Translations under genes and position numbers: made by a program
Shown: positions 37,142 through 49,169 of the stretch, in pieces
Numbering within the stretch: position 1 is the first letter of the stretch
Layout of the letters: every line of letters begins with the position of its first letter
Notes under the pieces: generated by a model
Databases searched by the model: none
The model's input: the letters and a program-made list of their open reading frames with translations, nothing else
What the model was told of the DNA's origin: nothing
NCBI GenBank assembly: GCA_000320545.1
Contig: ADNK01003292.1
Coordinates: 1,781-65,780 of the forward strand
Direction: 5' to 3'
From: Bigelowiella natans CCMP2755
Taxonomy: Eukaryota > Protista > Cercozoa
DNA length: 64,000 nt

Positions 37142-37771
37142 AGGAAGTGTGGAATGTTGTTAAATGCAGTTTGGGTGTTTTTGCATTGGAAGGGCTCTTG
37201 TTGAGCAAAGGTTCACGATCCGGGAGTTGGTCTGCTGAGCAGGGGACAACAATTGAAATTTTCCGCTCGGTGCCCTGCTGGTTTCAGCCAACTCACACAA
37301 TTTCTAGTCGATGGTCGAAGTTTGTGCAATGCATGCTAGATCACGTGGCACCAGAAAGAGGTGAACAAAGACAGCAATCCGACAGAAGTTTCACTTCCGA
37401 TTCAAAAGGTAGCAATCACATGGATTCATTTGCTGAATGAAAAAGTCTTCATGGTCAACTGCTCTCTTTTTCGAGATGGAGCAACTTGTTTGCATTTGCG
37501 CAGCTGTGCACCAGTGCACGTGTTCATCTGCCAATGCAACCTTTGCGGCTCCATTTGTGTGCTTATCTGATTAGCGCATGTGTGTTCATTGCTCAGTTCA
37601 CAATGTGTGAATGCATTTGGCACACCTGTTCTCCATGTTGGTGTGCACATTGCACACATGGTGCATGTTTGCACATGTGAACACGTGAAACCAATTGATT
37701 GAAAGCTGTGACGAATGAAAACGATGACGAGACGAAACGTCTGACTGAAGGCTGAAAATGCATGCATGATC

Positions 37772-37851
37772 GAGACGGATGTGATGAAGTGCAAGCGATT
37801 GAATCTTTTCAACAATGGTCATCCCAATGTTGTCATGCAAAGCAGCGAGCT
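37772..37851 (+). repeat. Copy E of the GAGACGGATG repeat, TA-converted
   Basis: GATGTGATG and ATCCCAAT replace GATGTAATG and ATCCTAA found in other copies. Confidence 0.75.
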
Positions 37852-38353
37852 ACGATGCACGGCGCTCACGGCATGTCCTTTTTGTCTCTTCTGCCACACG
37901 TTTCATGCATTCAAAACTAGAAAAGCATCTGCATTCAGTCGTCGATGTCGTGCAGTGCGCGCAGCAGTTTTTGCTTCTTTTTCTGCTTCAGTGCAGTGGG
38001 CTTGTCTCATCGTTTCGATTCATGATGGGGTTCAAGACTGATTGCGCGTAGCCTGAGCTATTGGTGTTCGTGTGCTTTGCATTGAAGGAGATGATCCATG
38101 TCGCATGGGCTGCGAAGAAGAGTGGTGCTGCTGTGATGGCAGCGGAGGACAGGACACATCTAGACATGCGTTAAGAGGGATGTAGCTAAAAGTCAAACAA
38201 GTGGTTTCTGTTGTTCATCGTTACTGAAGCCATGATGCTAAAGAATGGCATTTGAGATGTCATCAACGCTCGTCATGTTTCATGCAAGCTAGAACCATGA
38301 TACTCTCGTGTCTTGTGCTTTCAAAGTTAACCATACTTTAAAGTGTGCTTCTT

Positions 38354-41300
38354 TCATATCCGAAATGCTTTTAGGTCGTTCTCTTGAGCTGTTGTTGTGA
38401 TTTGACCTTTGACGTCTTGTCGCTCCACCATGTATGATGAAGTTCTTCGTAGGGGGAAATTCGAGTTTCTCTGCGCAGCATCGATTGAATCAGACCTATG
38501 CAAGGTGAGAATCCCTTGTTCAGTGCCGTGAACGGTCTCATTGATCCTGATGCTGGATTCCTGCATCGAGCGCCGAGCCAGCTCCGCCAGCTCTATTTCG
38601 TCAACTACATCGATGGAGAGTGCTGGCGTCTTTTTCTTCGAAATCATTCGATATTGCGTGGATTGGGTGGAGGCGTTGGCTTGGTCGGGCGTGTTGTAGA
38701 CGTTCGGAGTGAAAGGGCCTTGCCCGTTTGAAGGATCGAAAGACAGCTCTACCCTGTGGAAGGCTCTCTGCGCTTTGTGGACTTCATGAGAGAACTCGCT
38801 GTCACTTTCGACCTTCTTCCCCATCACCTTGACCACCTTCCACCCAACTTTGATTGTCGAACTCGTCGACTCCAAGAGGATCTTGTCCACTGTGAGATTC
38901 TTCACGCGAAATCCAAGAATTCCCATTTCGAAAGATCGGAGCACTAGCGTCGTGTCTTTGCCGTCACGGGACCCCACGCGACAACCGAGAGCAACGAAGA
39001 GCACCCCGATGGCGGGGAAGTACCACAGCGAAGAGATGATGAAGATGCGGGTTACACGAGACGCAACGTCAGTTAAATACGACAGTAAAGACGCCTCGAC
39101 CCAACCGTCAGTCTTGTTCCGAGCAACAAAGGCTAAGATTGCAACGACGAACCAGCAGCCGGAGCAAACTATGAGACAAAAGACGATGCCGAAAATATCA
39201 CGATAGTAGTAGCTGAGGTTATCGAGCTCGGGGTTTGCCTTTATATACTCCTTTATAGTTTCAGATACGGACTTCTTAACTTCTGGCGCGTGCTTCACTT
39301 CCGAGCCCAACAGATCAATGATACTTTTTTGCTGCATCGTATTTCTTCCTTGTCGAATCGAATTGCGCTTAGCTTTCTTCTTGTCTTGTTTTTTATTATG
39401 CGGCTTATGCGCCGCTCCCATCTCATTGCCGGTTACCGCCCCAGCAGCTACACCAAGCTTTACTGCTGCCTTTTCTGCACCGTTGCTGGCCTTAACTTCG
39501 CCTCCATCCACGAGATTCTCATCATTTCCATCATCATCATCGTCGTCATCATCCTCTCCGTCCTCATCCTCTTCAATACCTTCCTCAACCTCTTCCATCA
39601 GTTCTTCAGCACCCCCCCCCTCTCCATCCATCGCCGCCCCGGAGTCATCCATGAGCAACAAAAGACAAGCTAGCACGCAGATACAGTAACCCGCCGACTT
39701 GGGAGTCTCTATATGAACCCTGAAATCGTGTGGGCGAATACGCCGGAAGAACATGCCCAAGACAAAGGGAATAGGGAAGGCAAAGAGGAAGGCGATGATT
39801 GCACTCGAATAGACGGACGATCCCAGGAGTGGGAGAGTCTGCTTCTGGCCTTCGAGGAGCGAGGCAATGGTGAGGGAGTTGAAGAGGATGGTGAGGAGAA
39901 TTGTGATACGCTTGAAGCTCAGCATGTAATCTCCTGGATGCCGCATCCATATCGAAGTCCAAGGGTTCGACTGGCTCAATCCCCAATGCAACGACTCCAT
40001 CGTGTTTGACATGTCTCTGCTTCCGTTGACAGAGCGGTACGTTGCGAAGTTGGACTTGCGCCAGAAATCGATGGAATGATAGATCTGAGAACGGCAGTAG
40101 CCATGCGGGGCAGGAAGGAGGAGAGCGGGCGTTACATGTCATGTGGTTAGTTGATGTATCTGTTAGTCAATTGTGTGTGTGTGTGTGTACTTTCGCATGC
40201 AGGCTCTCACAACAGTTCGTTCTTCCACAGATGCAAGCGTAAGACTATAGTCGAAATAAGCTTGATAGTATTTAAGTATTGATTACCGCCATGCTCGTAT
40301 TCCCACGATATTTGTTGTCGATGGAGCACGCATAGAATGAGCCGACGATGTAGCCAAGGACCAGAACAAGGCAGAGAAGCATCACCGGTTGATCGAGTTT
40401 GAAAGCATCGGCTTTGATGTCCTTCGCGCCGAAAGTGTTGATGTTAATCGAGGTCTCATAACTGACATCCGCACTAAACGAGGTCAGATGTGTCGATGCA
40501 CAGCGGATGTAGCCTTCACTGCTTGTCTCGTTAAGCGCGTACACACCATTTGTCGACCAATTTCCGATGGTTTTGTTCCAGAAACGGCACTTGGGCACTG
40601 CAACGAACCCATCTCTTGATGCTACGGGGAGCACGAATATGAACGGCTCAGAGACGCCGTTAATAGATTGCTCGACGCCCCCTTGGGAGACTGTGAGGGT
40701 GAGCTGAGCAGTTGTGTTCTCTTGGCTGAAGCTGGGGAAAAGGGGGCTGGTGGAGGTCGACATCGAGATGTCCGCGTCTCCCGTGAAGTTCAGAGACGGC
40801 GAAAGGGACGTCGAAACGCCGCTTCTTGAACTATTCAACCAAGTGCCTTTGCTAGTGCTTACGCGCTGAGACACCAGCGAGACTGTCGTCGTGGATATTT
40901 CCTGCGCTAGCTCTCCCGCAACTGCTCCTTGGAGTATTCCATTCCCCATCGCTAGGACCGACGCCTGTACTGACTCCGCAGTGCTAATCCATTGAGAAGC
41001 AAGAGGAGGAAGAAAAAGACAGGGAGATATAGGTGGGGCGGAGAGAGGGTGTGCATCAGCATAGGATACTCGTCATACTCACAAAAACATTTGAAATATT
41101 TATCATCTCCTGTTTCCCCTTCCTTTCGTTCGTCTTCAAAAGCATGCTGTATGCGTAGCACGGCTCGAAGATTGTTCTTCATCAGCATTGCCTTCCTAAA
41201 TTACCTGATACGTTCGTCGTCGGAGGCCTCTGCTGTGCCTGTGGCCTGGCTCATGGCTGTTGATACTCTGGAAATCGTCGTCAGCGCAGCAGTCACACTA

Positions 41301-41968
41301 TCGTCCGAGAAAGATTGGAGAGGGCTGGTACTGAGTGACTGCACCATGTTCACGGCCTGCATTCTAGCTGCAGCTTGCATCTCGTTGGGGTTTTGAAAGT
41401 CTGTCACCGAGGTTAGCAGCTTGAGCGGTGTCTTCACTGCCTCCTCCTCGGTGACGAATCCTCCCGTTTGCGTCATGTTTCCGATGGAATATAAAAGATT
41501 TGTTACAGTAGAGGCCTGTTATACCAAAAGTTAGATATGAGGAGACTAAAACGGTGTACGACACACACACACACACACACACCACCACCACCACCACCAC
41601 CAACAACAACAACGAGGACGACAACAAACAACTCGCCCATGAATGTGTTCGCATGCCCACATGCATTTCAAGCACGCGAGCTTATAACTACTACTACTAC
41701 AACTACTCCTCCTCCTACCTTTTGCTCCTCATCGGTTGCCAAACCAGAGTCGCTACGTAAATAGTTTGACGCCCCACTAACAAGCACGGCGAAGGACTGA
41801 ATGTCACCCTCCTCTACCTTCGAGTTGATGGAGCTCTCCACCTCGTTGAGTACAATCGCAATTGAGCGTACAATTACATAGAAATCCTCACTCGTCTCCG
41901 CGCCGAGGCTATCGAGGATACGCGCGCGGATCGTCACCTAATAAAGGCACGCGTGCGTTAAGCATTGG

Positions 41969-42025
<57 letters not shown>

Positions 42026-44268
42026 TGTATGTGTGTATGTGTGTGTGATATTTCCTGTAATTATATTTTCATACGGCGTTTGCATTAAATTATACAGCTG
42101 CTACGACAGGAAAGTGCAACCCACATTTTCGCCTTGCCGTGGCCCCGCGATGAACGTTTTGATCTCCGGCAGCGTTCTGAGCGAAGAGTACGGAATCAGC
42201 TCTTCAGCTTCCCCTTCATCATCCGTGAGTGTCTTCTGCACACTGAGGAATTGATAGAGCAAAGGCATGTCGATATCGTTCCAACCCTCGCACGATAGAG
42301 TAAATTCGGTGCTAAGACTGCTTCCTTCAGCTGGTGAGACCCCACAGCTTCCGAGCGAAGGAGGTCTATTGGTTGTGAAGCTAATGTGGCTTTCAGCTCG
42401 CGTATTTATTGGGCTAACCACCTCCAGCTTAAAGGCGTAGGTAGCGCCTGGTGTGAGAGCAAAGGGCGCGAGGACAAGATTTTGGTCGCTTGAAGAGGAA
42501 AGCACGATAGAAGTGCTATCAAGGTCCAGGTTGTTGCTGCTGCAGCTCCATGCGTAGCTCACCTCGTCGCTGGTAAATAGCTGTACGGATGAAAGAACCC
42601 GGATTTTGCTGTCCACATTAGGCGATACGAGCTTGTTGGTCGAGGCAGCGGAGCCAGTTGCGACTGAAGTCTTGACAATCGGCACCGCAACGGCGGTTGT
42701 AATGATACTCTGGCTCGCAGTGGCGTTTCGAACACCGCTCGAGGAGAGAACAGCGCCCGTGACTTGAAGGGAGAGAGTGTAGTTGCTGCCGGCTGAGAGA
42801 AGGCTCGTTGGCAGCATGAGCTCAGAGTTGTTCGAAGAAGGTACGTAAGAAAGGGAGACTTCTTGCTGTGTTGCAGCTTCCTCTATCTTCCATTGATATG
42901 TGAGCGATGCGCCGGAGGGGTCTGAGGAGCCGGAACCATCGAATTTTACAATGGTGTCGCTACCGTTCACGACGGGGATAATGGCTGCTTCCTGCGCACC
43001 GCTGATTTCAGCGGAGACCGACTCAAGCACAACCTCCACGATGAACGTGGTGTTTACCTCTCCCACCAACAGCCCGTTTTTAAGCATCCGTGCGCGCATG
43101 ACAAAGCCATACGTGTCGCCCATTGCGAGAGTGTCGGGAGCAATTTGGAGGTTTACGGAATTCGACTTTGCTATTGTAACCACGTGGTTTGAGAGAGATG
43201 AGATGGTCACACCAGAAGGGAGGCCTAGCAGGGAAGGCGGTGCTGTTGTTGCCGACGTGATCTGCTCCCAAAGGCATACCGCTACATTGGAATTCGAAGT
43301 CGATGACGAGTTGCACGCGGGGGGGGCAACCTTGGTGAGGATGGAGACAGCTTCAGAGCGGCGAATAGAAAAGGAGCGCCGCCCAGGGATGGAGACCACG
43401 GGAACGAGAGCATCGACCTTGAGTAACGTGGCCGTCGCGTTTGAGGATGACCCAAGCCAGTTAGTCACAGATACAGCGAAGGTATGGAGACCGGCACTCA
43501 ATAGATCGCCGTTGATAAGGAACTTTGTGCTGTTTCCGGTGCTGCTACTGCTACTACCGGAAGGTGCTAGGGTTGTAATCTCGACAGTCGTTGAGGAGAT
43601 GTACGAATACTCGTACGTCATGGCACGGCCATTTGCTCCTGTGCTTTCGCTCGCAATAAGCTCCACGACGTCGCACGCACCGACTGTTTGTGGGGCGATC
43701 AGTACAGCGTTAGCAACGGGGGGAGACGAGGGCGGCAATACCTGGTTAAAGACATTGAAGTGAAGCAAGATGGCGAAAATTAAGTGTTGAGGCTTCATTT
43801 TACTGCGCGTTCTAAGAGCATTGAAGCAGAAAATGCATACGTATGGTTACCGTGAGAGTGGTGGCGACAACAGGTCCAGAGGTGCCCGTGATATCCCGGA
43901 TCTTATCCGGTAGCAGTCGAAGATGACCTCCTAGCGAACACGTGAAACCCCGCCCTACACTAATAAGCAACACTGTTGTCTGCGTCCACATGCAAGTTGG
44001 CTGAGACCCCAAGAGATTCAAACTAGCGGCGGCGATAAGCAAAGAGCAGTCTGTGCTTTCTGGTGTGTCGGTGGGCTTCGTAAAAACGATTTCGATGCCT
44101 GTGACATCATCCAGGAAACGGGCATTGAGGGCACTAGGAGGCTCAATCGTAGGGGCGGCAGTGGCTGGTGAAGCTGTTTGAGGCGACAGAGTTGTGCCTA
44201 AAATGTAATTGATTGTGGATAAGACGGGATGAAGGCAGAGTCTACATGATGTAAATACTCTCTCTTTC

Positions 44269-44325
<57 letters not shown>

Positions 44326-45412
44326 AGCACAAATTTTTTTCGCGTTTCTCACCTGGAACCGTAGGTGCTCCAGAGACTGGCGAGGCTGTAGGCGAGATAC
44401 TCGAGGGACTTGCCGAGGGTCCAAATGTAGGTGTTTGCGATGGCGAGGTCGTCGACGGTGTCGATGTGGGCAAGTTCGACGGCGATGCTGAAGGTGTATT
44501 CGTTGGTGCCATGGATGGTGACGTCGTCAATGGTGAAATTGAAGGTGACCTAGACGGTGACACGGAGGGTGATACTGATGGCGATACAGAAGGCATCACG
44601 GATGGTGACGTCGTCGATGGTGAAATTGAGGGTGGCCTAGACGGTGACACGGAGGGTGATACTGATGGCGATACAGAAGGCATCACGGATGGCGACGCCG
44701 TCGATGGTGAAATTGTAGGAGCCATAGACGGCGGTAGTGACGGTGATGCTGATGGTGATACCGAAGGCATCACGGATGGCGACGCCGTCGATGGTGAAAT
44801 TGTAGGAGCCATAGACGGCGGTAGTGACGGTGATGCTGATGGTGATACCGAAGGCATCACGGATGGCGACGTTGTCGATGGTGAAATTGTAGGAGCCATA
44901 GACGGCGGAAGTGACGGTGATGCTGATGATGATACCAAAGGCATCATGGATGGTGAAATTGTCGATGGTGAAATGGTAGGAGCCATAGAAGGCAGTAGTG
45001 ACGGTGATGCTGAGGGTGCAATGGTAGGGCCAACCGTGGGACTCAGCGTGGGAGTAGACGTAGGATTGGGGTTGTGGGAATGGGGGTTGTGGGAATGGGG
45101 GTTGTGGGAATGGGGATTGTGGGAATGGGGATTGTGGAAATGGGGATTGTGGGAATGGGGATTGTGGGAATGGGGATTGTGGGAATGGGGAGTGTGGGTA
45201 TGGGGAGTGTGGGTATGGGATTTTGATGCAAGTACGCCAGCGAAAGCCCGTTGCTTATGGATAACTTCGCGAGAATCCTCATGCAAATGGGTGGCAGAGT
45301 GGAGGTGTTGAGGCGTCGGATAGGGTGTGGTGTTAGGTTCAGGAAAGGGGGTTGACGATACACTTTGTAGCAGCGCCAAAGCGATGAGCACGATGCGCTC
45401 CATTCTATGCAT
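38354..45412 (-). CDS. Polycystin-1/PKDREJ-like membrane protein: signal peptide, His-rich and S/P/T repeats, REJ region, GPS motif, several TM helices, C-terminal PDZ-like segment; multi-exon
   Basis: REJ-type NRPPSLGSCGVSP.EG..LSTEFTLSCEGWND.D.PLLYQF; GPS motif CRFWNKTIGNWSTNG...IRCASTHLTSF followed by a TM; hydrophobic helices in ORF 38354-40012. Confidence 0.85.
44490..45015 (-). repeat. Coding S/P/T mucin-like tandem repeat, 87-bp (29-aa) period
   Basis: SPSLPPSMAPTISPSTxSPSVMPSVSPSA units; identical blocks at 44701 and 44788. Confidence 0.9.
45066..45220 (-). repeat. 15-bp coding repeat (HTHTP/HSHNP) x~10
   Basis: GGGRTTGTGGGAATG units on the + strand. Confidence 0.9.
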
Positions 45413-46000
45413 TCCACACCATCTGCCTTTCATCTGCTTTCGCAACGCAGGGACGAAACGGGAAATGATACTAGATCACAAGAGAAGGAAGGGTCATGCA
45501 GAGAGAGTGGAGGGAGTTATTGATTATTGTTGACGACGATGAGATGGTGCGTGCAGAGATGGTGACGGGTGTTTCTGGTCAGTTACTGGTTTGCCATCGG
45601 AGCAAGCGATGAGGGTTTTACCTGCTGCGACAACAACAAAAAACAGATTTACAGCGGATATGGCCGGAGACAAAAACCAAAATTCTGCAAAACCGCAGAA
45701 GAGAAAAATGCATCTAGTCTACGACGATGGCTGCTGCTAAAAATGCCTAGATCTAGTTCCAGATCTAGTAGTAATCCCATTTAGTCATCACTCCGTTTAG
45801 GGAAATCTTCCAAAAACAATTCAACTAAAAACTCTCTGAATGCAGAGTGGACCTAGGCATCATCGGGAAAATACCTATGTTTTTCTCCTGCGACATGAGA
45901 TTTGTGTCGCAGGATTGGAATAGCCTGCTTGCAGCTTTCTCAGCCCCAGCATGCCGAAAGACGACACCGCCGGCAGCAGTGTTCGGGGAGAGCTAGAGCA

Positions 46001-47354
46001 ATGGCAAGCGGAGGGGACGATGGTGGAAGCAGCCGTGGGAGTGGCAGGCCACAGTTTGTGCTTAGGGGACACAAGGCTGCTGTTAACACCGTTTCGTTCG
46101 TATCCGTCAATCAGCAAATGCATATTCTCTCCGGGTACTCGACAGCGCCGTGTCCTTTCCTTGCAGTGCTGTGTGCGAAATTCTTCTTCGTTCCTTCTTT
46201 AAGTATGCTTGGTTTATACTCGTTTCAGATCCCAAGATGGCATCGTGAAGCTATGGGACCTGACAAGCCGCCGTGCTAGGACTACATTCGCTGCTCACGA
46301 TGGGAGCGTGCTTCAGGCGACACTTCTTAGTGGCTTTCAAATGATAACTCAAGAGAAGGGAGGAACTATTCATCTTTGGGACTGTGCTAGTGAGCTGAAA
46401 GGGGCATCTCCATCTCAGAGATCAGGGCATATCTCCAGCAGCACTACTCCGCAGAAAATACAAACCTTTGACACCAGATCTTATGGATTTTGCCGGTGCG
46501 CGTCCAAAGAACAATCAGGAAAGCGTATGTTGCTTACAGCTTCGGATTCACGATCTAAGCTGCTGCTATGGGACCTCAAGTCCTCGAAACCAATACAAAA
46601 GATATCCCTGACTACGGGGCGGGAAGACTTTGGCTTGACCACGCACGTTTCTTTCTTAGGAAACGATTCTATGGATACCATCTGCTGGGGCAGTGAAAGC
46701 GGGCATATTGGCTTCTACAGCCTCACTGCTGCTCGCTCTATCGCCAAAGGAACACTTGAGAAGCAACCTGTAATGAGTGTATCGTGCTTACCAAGTAAAA
46801 CAGGGGCACTGGGTTTTGCAGGCGGGGCTCTCGGAGAAATCACGGCTTTCTCTGTAGATTTCAATCAGGTTGAGTCTCTCTTCCTATCTTCCTCCCTCCC
46901 CCCCCCCCCCCCCCTCTCTTTTTGCATGGCCCCGTTACTTAACCACCATAGTCGTTTAACGTTATAAGACAAATACACCGCTGTGTAGGGAAAAGTGGAA
47001 ACGCATCAGAAGGTAAAATATGGAGACAAAGGCATTTCTGAGGTGAAGATACGGCACGATTCAAGAATCTTTGCCACAGCTGGTTGGGATCATCGCGTTA
47101 GAATTTTCAACTCAAAATCGATGGAGCAGCTCGCGATTCTTAAGTACCATTCGCAAAGTGTTTTCTGTGTTGACTTTGGCCCTTCGAGTGAGGGATTCGT
47201 TGCAAGCGGATCCAAAGACTCGACAATTGCGGTTTTCAAAGTCTACCCGAGCAAGAAGAAAAAGAAGACCAACAAGACGAAGAAGCCGCAGCAGGAGGGA
47301 CAGGGAGCGTTGGAAAGGAACCCTGATGATGTTTCAGAGCAAAAGAAGGCCTAG
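46001..47354 (+). CDS. WD40 protein, GNB1L/ASA1-like, 3 exons
   Basis: N-terminal PQFVLRGH..AV and C-terminal GISEVKIRHDSRIFATAGWDHRVRIF...LAILKYH..SV.CVDF...ASGSKDSTIAVFKVYP; introns at ~46135-46228 and ~46869-46989. Confidence 0.85.
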
Positions 47355-47690
47355 ACGACGCCTTCATTATTTATAAATACGTGCTCGGTAGAAATTAGAT
47401 ACAATGAAATATAGTGTGCAATGGCTAGCATACCTTCACGAAGACTACCGAAGCTTCACCGGTAATGCGTACTCAATACTTAGAAGAAGAAGTAGGTGCA
47501 ATATTTATGCCACATTAATGAGCGAAGAAGATAGAAAAAGGATATATGAAATACTATCAAAAAAGAATGGTCTTCAAATGTGGACTGCTACCATGGGTGA
47601 ATGTTCGTGCTTTGGCGGCTGCGCTACCTACATGCGAGACATATTCGCGCACACCATGCCACGTGTGGCCAACAAAGTTCCACAACAAAC

Positions 47691-47730
<40 letters not shown>

Positions 47731-48043
47731 TGTGCATGCATAGCAAATACGCATACAAAGGCTAAATAGCACGCATTATTCGCAGACGACTGTTGGCGGC
47801 TTATCGATGTGGAGTGCTTTATTGAGCGAAGGGGCGGTGGCATGGTGAAGGCGCGACCATGAGCAGCATGCTATGACGACGCATGGGGACGAGAAATAGC
47901 TTACGGGTTACACCACTGCTTTTGTTGTTTCGGCATGCCAATTCTAAATGTTTGGCGCGCGGCTCTCGATGATAATGATGATGATGATGATGATGATCTC
48001 CATAGCAATTACGATGATTAAATATCGTCCTACACTAACTAAT

Positions 48044-49127
48044 CTAATCCCTCACTACCCTTGGAATTAGCTGAATTTCTGCAGCTACAGGAAAATGATC
48101 TAAGGACGAACGATAAGAGAGAGAGGGTGGGGGGGGGGGTGGGGGGTAAGACTACATGATATTAATTACCAAAAATACTTGTTATTACTTGTGTATGTAC
48201 TCTTTTATGTAGCCTACCTGATGGGTATCTCTCTGTCATGGATGGGAGCGATGATGACGGTGAAGAAGATGATGGTGTTGTTGATAATGGCGCCAGCTGC
48301 GAAGGAGAGACTGCTGAAGCAGCAGGAGACGAAGAAGGAGAAGGAGCTTCTAAGCAAGAGATCATGCGTGTCCTTTCCTTCTCCTCTATACCGTCGTTTA
48401 ACACATCCGCCAGCGAATCCGTAATAGCACGGCAGGTGATAATCCTGACATCAAGCACTTTGCTGCTGTCGCTGTTACTATCACCGCGGTACAGGAGCCA
48501 GTCTATATGTTGCGAATCCTCGCCCCCCCCCTCGTAGCTTGCAGCACCCCCGCCCTCCTCCCAAAGTACGGCTGAATCTGGAGATCCGGGTGATGGTGAA
48601 GGAGTAGTAGTAGTAGTAGTAGCAGCAGCAGCAGTGCGTTTTACCTTGCTGTTTTGACCTAGTTCTACCGACCCGTCGCCTTTGTTACCAAAGCAGCAGT
48701 TGATGGAGGGAGAGGGAGGAGAGCAGTAACACGTGTGAATTCGGTGTCACTTCTCCCTCTCTCTGCTTTATGTGAGTGTGGTTTTAAGGGGGGAGGGGGG
48801 GGGGGAGGGGGGGGAGGTGTAACACCATACATCGGTTTTTCTGCTGATAGTATTGTAAATCTCTGGGGCTAACATGTGGTGTGCTGTTTTCTGCATCTTT
48901 GCCTGACCCTTCTCTCCGGCGAAATTGACGCCCAGGAACTTGTGGATCGTGCTTCGAGGAGCTTGACCAGGCTTGTTCCTAGAGGGGATAAAGCCCCGCA
49001 GTGATGATAGTGGAAAAGGCGATAAGCGGAAGGGGTTACCTCCTTTCATTTTGTATCTTATTTGACATGATTATGGATTGATTGCTCACGTTTGTCCACC
49101 ATGTAGAGTATGCAAAATATAGATATC

Positions 49128-49169
<42 letters not shown>

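Noticed and set aside
42900-45311. Long + strand ORFs of 287 and 281 aa
   Set aside because: Antisense shadows of the Ser/Thr/Pro-rich exons of the polycystin-like gene.
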